The notes beneath the pieces were generated by a model. That model was not told where the DNA came from, searched no databases, and saw only the letters and a program-made list of their open reading frames with translations. A stretch of 63,430 nucleotides of DNA, counting the filler, from Perkinsus chesapeaki ATCC PRA-425 (lineage: Eukaryota > Protista > Perkinsozoa): assembly GCA_013115145.1 (NCBI GenBank). It is 9 parts of 9 records of this genome, joined end to end, with 100 filler letters (N's around TTAATTAATTAA, not from the genome) between each part and the next. Parts side by side here need not be neighbours in the genome. Positions count along the whole stretch, not along the records: positions 18,094 to 34,944 come from JAAPAO010000696.1; positions 35,045 to 47,443 come from JAAPAO010000814.1; 7 more parts are not named here. One strand, 5' to 3'. Below are positions 27,123 to 38,345 of the stretch, piece after piece (position 1 is the stretch's first letter; every line of letters starts with the position of its first letter). Both the position numbers and the translations under genes were made by a program.

Positions 27123-27878
27123 ATGGTAACAGCTATACCCATGGTTATCAAACTAGTCTCGGTGGTACTACTTCTGGGAATACAAAGCAGGCCTATTCCG
27201 GCTAGGAAGAAGCTCCCCGGAAACTACTTTAAAGATGTAACGAGAAATGAGACCGTACAAGGCCCTAGCGGGACCATCTACCGCATCTATACCGCTAATG
27301 CCATACATGTCGCTACTCCAGCAGTGAGTTCTGTCATCATTATTCAACAGAGTGAAGATCCGACGAGCCCACGTTTGCGTTTTTACCATACCACTTTCTA
27401 CAACGACAAACTCGAAAAGCTAAACACTACAGCCTATGCTGAGGGGGCAATCACTATTGACGAGGTCTACAAGTCTAAGGTAGGAGGGGAGGACTACCAC
27501 CTCACACAAGTCCTAAACCTCCCCGATCCACCGGGTGACCCAAATGGCACTAACATTTTCTCCTATCCCATGACGTGGTCGACCTCACCTTGGAGCACAC
27601 GTGGTCCTCACACCTCCTTCTACAACTCTACTTGGTACCAAGATGATTCAAGGGTTGGACTGATGTTAGAAGCTGACTATACCGTGCAAGACTTAGGCCA
27701 CAACTACAGCTACCATGTTGAGTGGAACATTATGACAGGTACGTGGCCCCCAAATGGGGGGCCTCCCAACGGCCATCTTTTCCATGTATCACTGGCTTTC
27801 AAGGCCACCAATGATGGTATTGAGCAAGCTGGCGACCCTCACAGAACTTTTGTCAATGAGATCTGGGCACACCCTTGA
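27123..27878 (+). CDS. Novel secreted beta-rich glycoprotein, paralogue B (intronless)
   Basis: Roughly 55% aa identity to A by eye; shared blocks EVYKSKVGG, LNLPDPPG.PNGTN, QDDSRVGLMLEA, DGIEQA..HRTF. Confidence 0.8.
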   Translation: MVTAIPMVIKLVSVVLLLGIQSRPIPARKKLPGNYFKDVTRNETVQGPSGTIYRIYTANAIHVATPAVSSVIIIQQSEDPTSPRLRFYHTTFYNDKLEKLNTTAYAEGAITIDEVYKSKVGGEDYHLTQVLNLPDPPGDPNGTNIFSYPMTWSTSPWSTRGPHTSFYNSTWYQDDSRVGLMLEADYTVQDLGHNYSYHVEWNIMTGTWPPNGGPPNGHLFHVSLAFKATNDGIEQAGDPHRTFVNEIWAHP

Positions 27879-28009
27879 ATATGTTAACAGAGGTCAACGC
27901 AGCCTCTGTTTATTCGCAAGGCGCTGGTGGATGATCCACCGTGGATCTGAAGCTTCAAGCTTCAGATCACAAGCTTCAAGCTTGTCTGTAGGCAGGTATC
28001 TCTGGTGTA

Positions 28010-28180
28010 AATCAGCTCCTATCATTTAACTATCACTACCATTCAATGGTAAACATTGTTTTCGCTGTGAAACAGCTCCTACTATTCAACTATCAAACGT
28101 TATTCTTTTCGCTGTAGAACAGCTCCTATTATTCAACTATCAGACTCTTTTCTTGTCGCTGTGGACCAGCTCTTATCACT
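28010..28180. repeat. Degenerate copies of the 47-bp repeat
   Basis: Variants of TTCAACTATCA...TTTTCGCTGTAGAACAGCTCCTATTA downstream of paralogue B. Confidence 0.7.
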
Positions 28181-28534
28181 CAACAATCAAACTATGCCTT
28201 ATTCAGAGTAGCGTTGTTCCTCGTTACGCTTTCTACAGAATAACAATATTAGTACTGCTCTCAGAGCAGTGCTCTGTCTTATATTTTATTGTGTTTGTTA
28301 AACACCAGTATTATAAGAACTAAGAGCGGTAGAGAACCGGGCATGAATACCAGCTTTAATAGCGAGAATCGAACCAAACGTGACGAGCCTCCAAACTGTT
28401 GAGAACACTAGCACAATTCAGAAAAGCTAGCCGATACAGATGGTCAGAAGTTGACATGTCAAGATAACGCATAACACTACATCCACGGGGGGTTAGTTAT
28501 ATAGGCATCTCCTCGCTCATTTCCTGAGACCTAC

Positions 28535-31500
28535 CCGACTCTTGCCTGACCCTCGATGCTATGCCGAATAACCCTCGAGCTGTAGTCATCAACTGAAATG
28601 ACTCATATCTGCACCTCATAAACCTTTTATATGAGAATGAAATAGGTCAACGTAGAGCTATCCAATATGACTGAATTAACCGTCGGCCGTCTTCAATGGA
28701 TACAAGGCGCCAAGCCACATGTTTCATAGTTGCGGAGGGAACAGTGTGAATGCGTGAGATGCCGCCACACTGTGCCGAAGTTACACTCACCTTCATTAGA
28801 GATTGGCTGACTTTCCTGCTCACAGATGAAACGTCGTTCTCCCTCTCCGGATTATCGCGCGACTTCGGAGAACCGCTGTCCGGGCTTGTTACAATTTCGC
28901 CCAGCGCCTAAACATCGCACGAGGTGGAATTTGCCAGGTCTCAAATCACTTGACTTTAGTGGTGTTGCCAGACTTGAGCAACGACAGGCGCCTCACAATG
29001 CTGGCGCGTCCTCCACCAGCCACGTCTATACAGAGAGTTATGAATACTGCAGGAAGGATGCCTTACCAACTGCGGCACCAGGGCGCGTAGCATAATATTG
29101 ACGACTGAGTTGAAGGTTCGGGAGGCACTCGCCATTGATTAGGTCTGGCATGATTTGAGAAAGAACCTACTTACGGGAGTTGAACGACTCGTGCAATACA
29201 AATAGACCCTGTCTGCTACTGTCAGAGTTCGAGTTAAACAATTGAACTGGACATTGCCCGACAATTGCAAGGTATAATCGGATTCTAATTTCATTCTACC
29301 ATATAGGTTCATAAGTTGCGAGATTGTGACATTTCTTGACATCTTTCGTTAGCTCATCCGGCTTTTTAGAAGCGGGATGCACTCAAAAGAAGGGACAACG
29401 GTGTGTGCATGTCCCACCTGATAGAGGGGTAACACAAGGACGTCGATGAAGCCAGTCTGACATTTAGGTGTATTTACGTTGGTTCTGATATTGAATGTAT
29501 TAAGTGTAGTGATAAGGTATAAGGCTGTTCACCTGTCATGCATTGGTGATAGAGGCATGCCCCTTTCCCTCTCCAAATCACCTTGTCGTGAAAACTCTTC
29601 CATCACACGTGGAGCCCAAAGAAGATAACACCTAGTAAGCTTGCGTCCCACACCCAGGCACACTCGTTAACTTTGTAGAGAGTCCCAAAGATACTAGTAA
29701 GGCTATACTTCTAGGAGTAGTCAGCTAAGTGGTGTTCCTCAAGAATGGAGTACCGCTATGTATATCATAACTCTTAAATGAGTAGAAATCTCAAAAGTGT
29801 ATCATCCAGCCATTTCATCAAAGCCACTTTGCAAGCTCGGTGCTGGAAATTGAACTACAGCGGGTTTTTACAACCCACATATAGAGGATTTCGAAAGATT
29901 CACTCCCAAACATACTGCAAGAGCCTTACATACTCGATATCACGTGATGGATTGGATAGATCAGCAGCGTGCAGGAGTATGTTAAGCAGCAGCTGACGAT
30001 CGGATAGGTCACTCTTATGGCCTGTCAATGATTCCTGAAACTCGAGTAGGCGAACCCACCTGGAAAACTAGACGAGCAGTTCTTGAGTTTCGCTCGGAGC
30101 TCTGATAGAGTCGTGAAGTGATTCTGGTTATCCGTCATCAAAACCATCTCAATTATCATCTTCCGCGACAACGCCCAGTCTTCCTACAAGCAGCTGTGCG
30201 CTGGATATGAGTAATAACAGCACGGTAAAATGCTCGCGCTGCCGTGATACCGTTGTGTAGGAAGCCAAGAGCTATTCGAAGTGCTTCGTACCTCCGAGTA
30301 GCCTGTGAGAGGATTAACAGGCATCTTATTAAGCAGCGTAAAGACAGATGCCACATGATGGTTCTCTAGAATCTGAGGGGCGAATCTCAGGTTCGATCCC
30401 GGGGTTCGGCATTTCTCACTGAATTGTCGCTATATCTTATCGCTATAGGGTGATGGCTACTAGTGAGGAATCCATTGTCAACACCCGGGTGCTGGTAGTC
30501 GTGTATCTGTACCAGAGCTCCGCCGGATTATCAAGCGGGAAAGATTTACTGCAGCCGCCAGTAGACCGGCTTGAACCTCCTGGGCCGAGAAGAGTTGAGG
30601 TGATGCTGAACCGAGCTGGATGCACCTGGCATGCTATGCTCTAACTAGCGTAAAAGTTCGAACCAAACCGATTTGTGATTCGACGAGGCATGCTAACTTA
30701 CACTAAAAAAGTAAGCATGGCTTGCATAACATCAACAGAGTGCATGGAGTTATGGTATGGATTCCTTGGAAGGTACCCTTTCTCGACCTTACGTAGGAAT
30801 TCCGCCGTAGCCACCAAATCTAGTTTCACTGACAGCAGAGTGTTCATTCTCGAGTACACGGTGTCCTGGCTTCGTATATCGAGACAAAGTATGATACATT
30901 GAAGTTTTTATGCTGTAGTTAAACATAATGCTTCCGGTAGATGCCACTCATTGGAAGTGCGCTGTGGTTTCTCAGCGCTTCCCTATGTGGACAGGAGGGA
31001 TTATCACCGTAATTCGCCCTGTCAATCGGGGTAAGTAACGTGTGTAATAGAAGTTGTGCGTTAGCGAACCGACAAGGCTCACCGCTCCTGTCCGAGACCA
31101 CATGCTGCTTATAATTCCTCGGGCTCTCTGATGGCAACAATTGCCCCACTGGACCATAGTCGTCTCCGAAGGCAGACACAACAGAGAAGAAGTACATCCC
31201 CGCGCAAGATAGAAGAGGAAGCTCGGATAGGTCACTGAAGGGAGAGGCATGCATAGTAGGCAATAGTATGCAAGCCTGGAGCTACAGCACCTATCGTCAA
31301 AGAATCCTAAGGCAGCGTTTTTGTTGAAGGTTCTGTAGAGGGTTCCGGTCATCACATCATGGCCTAGTGAGGTCAGCCTTGCGGTCAAAGCCGGATTGGA
31401 TGTTGTTGTTCCCCCACCAGTGATCGAGCCACGAATCCTACCGAACACCCCTAGAGTTGGCAATCCTGTGGCAAGTTAGCTACGATCGTCGGGCTCCAGA

Positions 31501-34500
31501 CGCGACCACGTTCAGAACAGAGCCTCTTCGATTCTGCGCTGCCTTAGGAGAGGCAAGGACCTCAGCTGGGCTCTTAAGCCGTGGGTCAAGCTCCGGAGCG
31601 TAGCTCGCATCGTAGGCTTCAGGGTCGGGAATATTATTGGGATGGCCGAGAAGGTACTGACTTCATAGTGATACTCAGTAAGGTGGTAGACAGCCTCACC
31701 CGGAGTGTGAAGATGTTGAACGACCACATGGTAGCTGATTTGGCGAGATATCCGATAACTCGTGTGGCGCCTGGGTCCAAATTTATACGATTAATTTGAC
31801 CGTTATCCGGATGGTCCGTAATAAGTTCACTTCCAGCCAATATACTCCCCAATAGATTTGCAGTTCGAGTTTGGGAATGGGAAGCCTGAATACGAAGAAG
31901 TGTCTTCGGTTTCCGGGGGAGGCATAATTTAATAGTGCTGAGCTTTTATGTTGAATACTTTTTTATAGATGGCTCGAATCATACAACAGAGTTTCAATAT
32001 TGTCAGGGACACATAACATCCCATCGCTCAGTAGCAGTTAAGGTACCTTGGAGGCGTTCTCAGCATTAGTGTCCGCCAGAGACGCTGCTCGCTTTTTCGC
32101 CAGGAAATTTTCTAACTCGTCATCGCGCCAAGTCTTAGTACTCGTTTTAGCGGTCGCACTGAGCGCGCACACTATGGATGCTAGGCCTTCATCGAAGGAC
32201 CTACCTGGCCAGAGCCAACCAATCGTTTATTTCAGACCTTATAGCGCCCAACTCATCGTCGCCATCTTCATCAGTCCCTCCTTTTCCGGCGCTAACTGAT
32301 ATCGTATATAATTTATTCGTCGATATGATTTCGGATGCCCAATCCATTTTCTCCCGCATCGCAGCGGAGACTCCTTTGGATTCTTTAACTTCTCGTAATA
32401 TATCGACAACCCTGTCAACTCGCGAACTGAACTGTAGAGCTGTGCTGTCACCTGAACAAGTCAGGACCGGATGTGCTCCACATGAGCACATTGCTTTAGA
32501 CCGGTGTTTAGAAGTCTGCCGCTAACCGACTCCCAGGCAAACCCGCTTCTCGAAGTTCATGCGCTGAGTACTCACTGCACATCGGCTGCCTTGTATTGAA
32601 AATACGACAATCGAGCGGAATTCAGAGGGAATATGTCCGACATAGGATTTTGCCGACTACGGGCGAAGGCAATCTGGTTGGTACTATATGCATAGATTCT
32701 GGGAATTACTTAGACTGTACGAGCTATAAGTTAAGTATGAATTTGAAGCCACGAATTGTATCGAGAAACGGTTTGCCGTAAATGCATACTGTATGCATAA
32801 TGTAAAATATACCTATCCTATATGTGTGGGTGACGTTCACAGTTACAATCAGTGTTAAATCTCCGATACGACAAATCTTACTTTGTTGTCCACCACGTGC
32901 CTTTTTCTTGCTGCCGGCCTTACGTAGAGCAAGAACAAGACGGAGCAAACGGAACAGCCTCAGGATGGTGAAAGACTGGGCATCCCCCGGTGCTGCTATC
33001 TATAAAATTTTGCCGTGCGCATGCGTGCAAATGCGACAGCAACTCACCTTAGCCACACAAGATCCCACCACAATAACGAAATCAAACAAGTTCCATCGGT
33101 CGTAAAGATACCATAACCCTTCTGCGCTGAACAGGTACTTATAGTGCTCGGCTAAGTAGAGAGATCCCACATAAGGCGTAAAACAATCTCCAACAAAAAC
33201 AATCCTAGAAAGACAGTGTCGATCGCCTCGAAGACATTGTTAACTCCGGCGCTAACATAGTCCTCAATACCTAATACGTATGGCATATGATAACGCTGAA
33301 GGGGTTGTTAAGTTACCGAGCGAAGACAGGATGAAAAGGGCGTAGACTCCGACAAGACTATAGACAAAATATTCAAAGCCTTGGGATTCAACAACGAGAA
33401 TCGTCAAGCTACGGAGTAGCTGCCAAGGGCCTGGGGGGCACACTTCAGATAGTTTCCCGGGATGATTGAATCTCACTGAGCTCCTCTTTCCCTTTACCAT
33501 CGTCACTCTCGCCATCGGCATCGGAAAGCCTCCGGTAGTCAGCAGCTTGAACTTTACCGAGCTGTCGTAGCAGGACGAACCTCGAAGCACTGTGGTAATC
33601 TTTAGAGGGTCATGCTCACCAAATTAGAGCTTGCGATGCAATGTTGCGAGGTTGGTCTAATAGGAATACAATTAACCAGGATACGAGGAACGAATAAGGC
33701 CGCCCGTATCTGGGGAAGCGGCTGCTTGTTAGAATGGGTTGCCGATGATACTTTATAATATAGTAAAGTACTCTGGAGACGATCAAGACTAGTGCGATAA
33801 CGGCAGTGAGAAGCAGCCATTGGATAGTGCATTTCCTCGAGGCTGCCACTACGGCAGAGTCAGACAGGTCGTCTTCGGCGGTCACTGATCGGGATCGGTT
33901 GTCACCAAGCACGATCATCCTGAACAAGGCATTCACACTAACCTATGGACGGTAAAAGGACCCACAGTAGTAGCAAGTCAAGTATGAACTGCACAGGTGC
34001 ACTGTACAGTATCGCGAGAAAGATGCGCCCCCATGGAATACAGATCGCACCGGTGTCTTGATGGCCACCGCTGTAGCATATCTGTAAACATTCGTGATAA
34101 CCCATCTAGAGAGCTTCATGGATCACTTCATCACTGAACGACTCCGTCTCGCAATCATCCTGCGGATCAACACAGAGCAAGTCGTCCTCTTCTAAGTCGA
34201 TCTCCTGGTCTGAGCAGTATGGTCTTGAGTCACCACTTGAACTGTATAATGCCATAGTGAGCTGCTCTCCGACGCTGAGGAGGGAGCTGGAGTTCAGCTG
34301 CGCCTGTAACAGTTGTATTTCATTAGATATACTTCCTTGCCGCACTTCTATCTCATCCTGGTTGAGCGTGCTTGACAGATCGAGTGCGATTGACTGTGCT
34401 GCATCGTAGCCCTTTCCTTTACATGCGGGAAAGCACAAGCTGGTCCTACCAAAGGTCAGAAATACGCCTTCCTCAGCCAGTCCAAGCAGTGAACAGAACC

Positions 34501-34534
34501 CCGTGTTCAAAAGGGATAGCCGCATTGTCCTCAC
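28535..34534 (-). CDS. Multipass membrane protein: extra TM module + voltage-sensor domain (S1-S4) + class I cyclic nucleotide phosphodiesterase (both ends approximate)
   Basis: VSD exons 33317-33430 (S1), 33171-33270 (S2, F-L-L-E), 33048-33126 (S3, WNLFDFVIVVGS), 32882-32999 (S4, ILRLFRLLRLV). PDE exons WSFNIFTL, NPYHNSMHSVDV, AAA|IHDYQHPG, ILENHH, MVLMTD, HAADLSNP, WAPRVMEEFSRQGD (29533-29631), KCQTGFIDVLVLPLY (29418-29484). Intron phases are consistent in my reconstruction. Confidence 0.88.
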
Positions 34535-34713
34535 TTAGGAAGTCTGCCATCCCACAGCCTGGTGGTGCTTATCTCGGACAGGCTGTTGAAGGCTGGGACA
34601 CTTGGACCACAGAAATTCTCGAAGACGGTCGATGTCGCCGTGAGCGACCCCGTTGGTTTCTTGTAGACAAACAAAGATGTGTACGTGTTTTGGCCAAAAG
34701 TAATATCCTAAGT

Positions 34714-34944
34714 GAAGACTGGTTATAACGCCAGCGGTCCAGAAGACTGTTTATAACGACAGCGGTCCAGAAGAGTGGTTATAACGACAGCGGCCAGAAG
34801 ACTGGTTATAACGATAGCGGTCCAGAAGACTGGTTATAACGCCAGCGGTCCAGAAGACTGGTTATAACGACAGCGGTCCAGAAGACTGGTTATAACGCCA
34901 GCGGTCCAGAAGACTGGTTATAACGACAGCGGTCCAGAAGACTG
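34714..34944. repeat. 28-bp tandem repeat, about 8 copies, at contig end
   Basis: GAAGACTGGTTATAACG(A/C)CAGCGGTCCA. Confidence 0.95.
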
Positions 34945-35044
34945 NNNNNNNNNNNNNNNNNNNNNNNNNNNNNNNNNNNNNNNNNNNNTTAATTAATTAA
35001 NNNNNNNNNNNNNNNNNNNNNNNNNNNNNNNNNNNNNNNNNNNN
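34945..35044. other. Artificial contig spacer
   Basis: N44-TTAATTAATTAA-N44. Confidence 0.98.
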
Positions 35045-35180
35045 AACATATACTCATTATCTCCTCCTTATTAACATATACTCATTATCTCCTCCTTATT
35101 AACATATACTCATTATCTCCTCCTTATTAACATATACTCATTATCTCCTCCTTATTAACATATACTCATTATCTCCTCCT
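35045..35180. repeat. 28-bp tandem repeat, about 4.9 copies, at contig end
   Basis: AACATATACTCATTATCTCCTCCTTATT. Confidence 0.95.
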
Positions 35181-36851
35181 CATAAATGTTTATCAGGCCG
35201 CGTCTTTTTGACATCCCACCCAGCGCGAAGTGGAATGGTATTTGCTCCCTAAAATGGTGCAAGAAGCTATCACGAATCTCCAACAATATATGGTTTGGTG
35301 TGGACAGCGAACCGACATTAAAAACGCTTCTCAACGTTTGCAAAGATATGCTCGGGAATGGCACGAGCGTGCCTAAGTTGGTTTCGGCGACTATGAGAGC
35401 TCAACGTCGACGTGTTAGTATTAATACCTTCCCGTTGGATTGGAGAGCTAAAGTGTCCCATTGATGGGGATCGTGGGTTCGAATCCTGGTCATGACATTT
35501 TATTAAAGATGTTGCTGTTATATTACAGTCTTGTGTTGCCTTGTTGACAGGCAAGCCTTATCAAAACTTCTCCCCGTGTTGAACGATATTGATACATATT
35601 ATTAAGGGAAAAATTATATCGTCCGCATTGGGACATTTGCCGATTTACGAGCCTCGGGTAAAATTCCATCGCCGATGAGTATCTCCCGCTTAATAAGCGC
35701 TGCATTATGATCTTAGGAACATTGGATGGTCGGCATCTGGTGATTGCAGTAGGCAAGTAGACAGGATTCTCAGTTTGAGCTATGTCTCGTCGACTGTCTC
35801 GCTGCTTTTTTATTAACGTCGGCATTCTTACTGCCAACAGCGGAATGGCAGATACCTGGGCAGATAAGGTGGTCAGAAGGGAACTGATTGATATTATTTA
35901 TAGTAGTGAATTCACTTTAACTTCGCGTTTTAATATCAACTTGAATCATCATATTAGCAATATTACCTTAACCTTAACTGAGCCAATAATGAATGTGAAT
36001 CGCTTTATCGAGCCTTGCATCCACCTCCTCTCGACAACACAGTTTCCTTTATTCATTCCGTGAAAAAATAAATATTAAAAAAGTGAATACGTAGATTGAA
36101 TGAAAACATAAGCCCGTTTCGTCAGTGCATCTCCCCTTAGCATTTCTCCTCATTAGAATAACCAAACCAAGCGGTCGACTTTCCGAACTTTCGCGTAGCA
36201 ATTGTCAACGGCTATTAGCGATCTCGAACATCGCTGTGATTGATATTTCTGTATCTCTTTTTGAATTCAGTATCTATCAATTCAACCTTCTAGGTACCTG
36301 TTTCCACTTTCATGGATGTTGCCAATCCGAACTCAATGCCGAATTTCAAACTTTCACCTACCAAAGTTCACAGTCTATTAACCATCTTGAAAATCGTTGT
36401 GAATCATATTTCTGTATTACTTTTTCACATTCATATTTACTATTTTTCTACTTTAATATTCTAGGTACCTGCTTCGACTCTGATGGGTGTTACCAATCGT
36501 ATTCCTGCTAAGTGTGAATGCCACGCAAGCCTTCCTGTTCCCTTCGATTGGCTGCCGAACTACAACGGCAATGAACTTCCAGAATATATAATTACGGTTG
36601 AGGACGAAAGTCGGCCGCACAGCGAGAAGGTTGGATTCTCTATTATTTGGTGTAACACCGAGAGAACCATAGCATTGAGATTCGCGCATTGCTCGCCGGG
36701 TACATTGCTGGTGCCTGCGGAAGGTCATAAGTAATAGGGAAAATACGGAGTTGATAAGTGAGGGATTCCACAATTTTTACGGGGTCAAATCCATCAGTAT
36801 TGGTTTTCTATCTGCCAATTTAACTCATGGGTTTTATGGCAAATCCTTATG

Positions 36852-37118
36852 TTAATTCCCTTGTTACATTTCCCTTTAATTCCCTTGTTACATTTCCCTT
36901 TAATTCCCTTGNNNNNNNNNNNNNNNNNNNNNNNNNNNNNNNNNNNNNNNNNNNNNNNNNNNNNNNNNNNNNNNNNNNNNNNNNNNNNNNNNNNNNNNNN
37001 NNNNNNNNNTGTTATAATCCCCTTTAATTCCCTTGTTATAATCCCCTTTAATTCCCTTGTTATAATCCCCTTTAATTCCCTTGTTATAATCCCCTTTAAT
37101 TCCCTTGTAACATTTCCC
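36852..37118. repeat. 24-bp tandem repeat spanning a 98-N scaffold gap (36912-37009)
   Basis: TTAATTCCCTTGTTACATTTCCCT and TTAATTCCCTTGTTATAATCCCCT variants on either side of the gap. Confidence 0.92.
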
Positions 37119-38345
37119 ATAGTATATTCTTATTATCCCCATCTGTCAGGTTTGCTGAGCACACTATCCCTTCGTCGCTGGGGATTCCCATTGGTTCTGG
37201 TGTATGCCATCCCGAAGCTTGTACGGATGCCCTCAGCTTGGCCAATGAAATATGGTTCAATAGCAGGAATTCAGCTGATCTGGAGATGCTCAGGCATTTG
37301 TGTGATGCAATTACTAGTCCTGATGATGATAGGTTCCTGGTGGTGAAAGGGGGTTATGAACCATAAGTTATAGAGCAAGGGAATTAGGGGAAATTTATAT
37401 AGCAATATGTGCTATAGTATTCAGATTTATTGACATGATACTAGGATGTTGACATATAAAAGAGCCTCAGGTTTAAGGCAAAGGAAATCATTTAGTAATT
37501 ACTATTGGTATGATTATGAAAGTGAAGTGACATGAAAATTATCGTCTATTTCATTTTGCCGCCATATTTATAAGGTGACCGGCTTTTAGCATGTCCTATA
37601 GATGTCTTGTAGCCATTAGTGTTGACTTGATGAGTGTGCCAATGGAAGAACTAATGGAAGCGATTCCCCTTCTTCTTGGTTATGTGGTTGTCATTCGAGG
37701 ACATGCGCCGTCGTGGGGGGCCTTTGGGCTGGAGGCGAGCAGGGAGCTAAAGAAGAACGTCGGGTGTTAGGCCCGACAGGAGGAGGAATGCATTTGATAC
37801 TTCCTTCTGTCGGTCTAGGAACATATTTTCGATCAGAATGCCCGATGAATTTTGGGATTGGGAACACATTTTGCTCCTCCTCAAGAGACACATTGTTATG
37901 TGGCTAGATGACTGACTCCCTTGGCGTGAGTCGCTGTGGTGTCGGGAAAGATGATCTCCATAAGCTTGAGATTGGCCAATGTCATGATGGGGATACCATC
38001 CTTTAAATGTGTTACCAGCACAAATGATAGGGACGAAAAATGTGCACTGATGAAGTTTCGTTTCCGTCTCATCACTCAAGCTCCTGATCATAGCCGTTAT
38101 CAGATCTCTCGATAGTTGCACTTAGCAACAGTCTATCCCGCAGTTGCTGCTCATCACGACGAGTTCGGAATACAGTGAGCAATAACTGCGGAATTGGTTT
38201 ACCTATCCAACGCCCCTTCCGCTGAATCGGTGCCCTATTCGCGGAAATGATTTACTTACTCGCCAAAATAGTGGCCCGGAGCGCAAAAAGGGTTTACGAA
38301 GGGCATAGTCGAAGTCATGGTTATTGTTGTAGTTCTGTGGCCCTT

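Noticed and set aside
29808-29933. Apparent truncation of the PDE gene at the duplication breakpoint
   Set aside because: The breakpoint lies in an intron of about 300 bp; a phase-2 splice to 29631 restores the frame and the remaining catalytic motifs.
34714-35180. 24-47 bp repeats resembling CRISPR arrays or telomeres
   Set aside because: Head-to-tail with no unique spacers, no cas genes, eukaryotic context and no telomere-type unit. They cluster at contig ends because assemblies break at minisatellites.
35440-35495. B-box-like GGTTCGAATCC (also GGTTCGATCCC near 30389) as tRNA or SINE
   Set aside because: No closing T-stem, acceptor stem or proper A-box spacing.
35186-38200. Short ORFs and a local 45-bp duplicated module (about 36290 and 36463)
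   Set aside because: Could not assemble a consistent spliced gene or recognise a domain.
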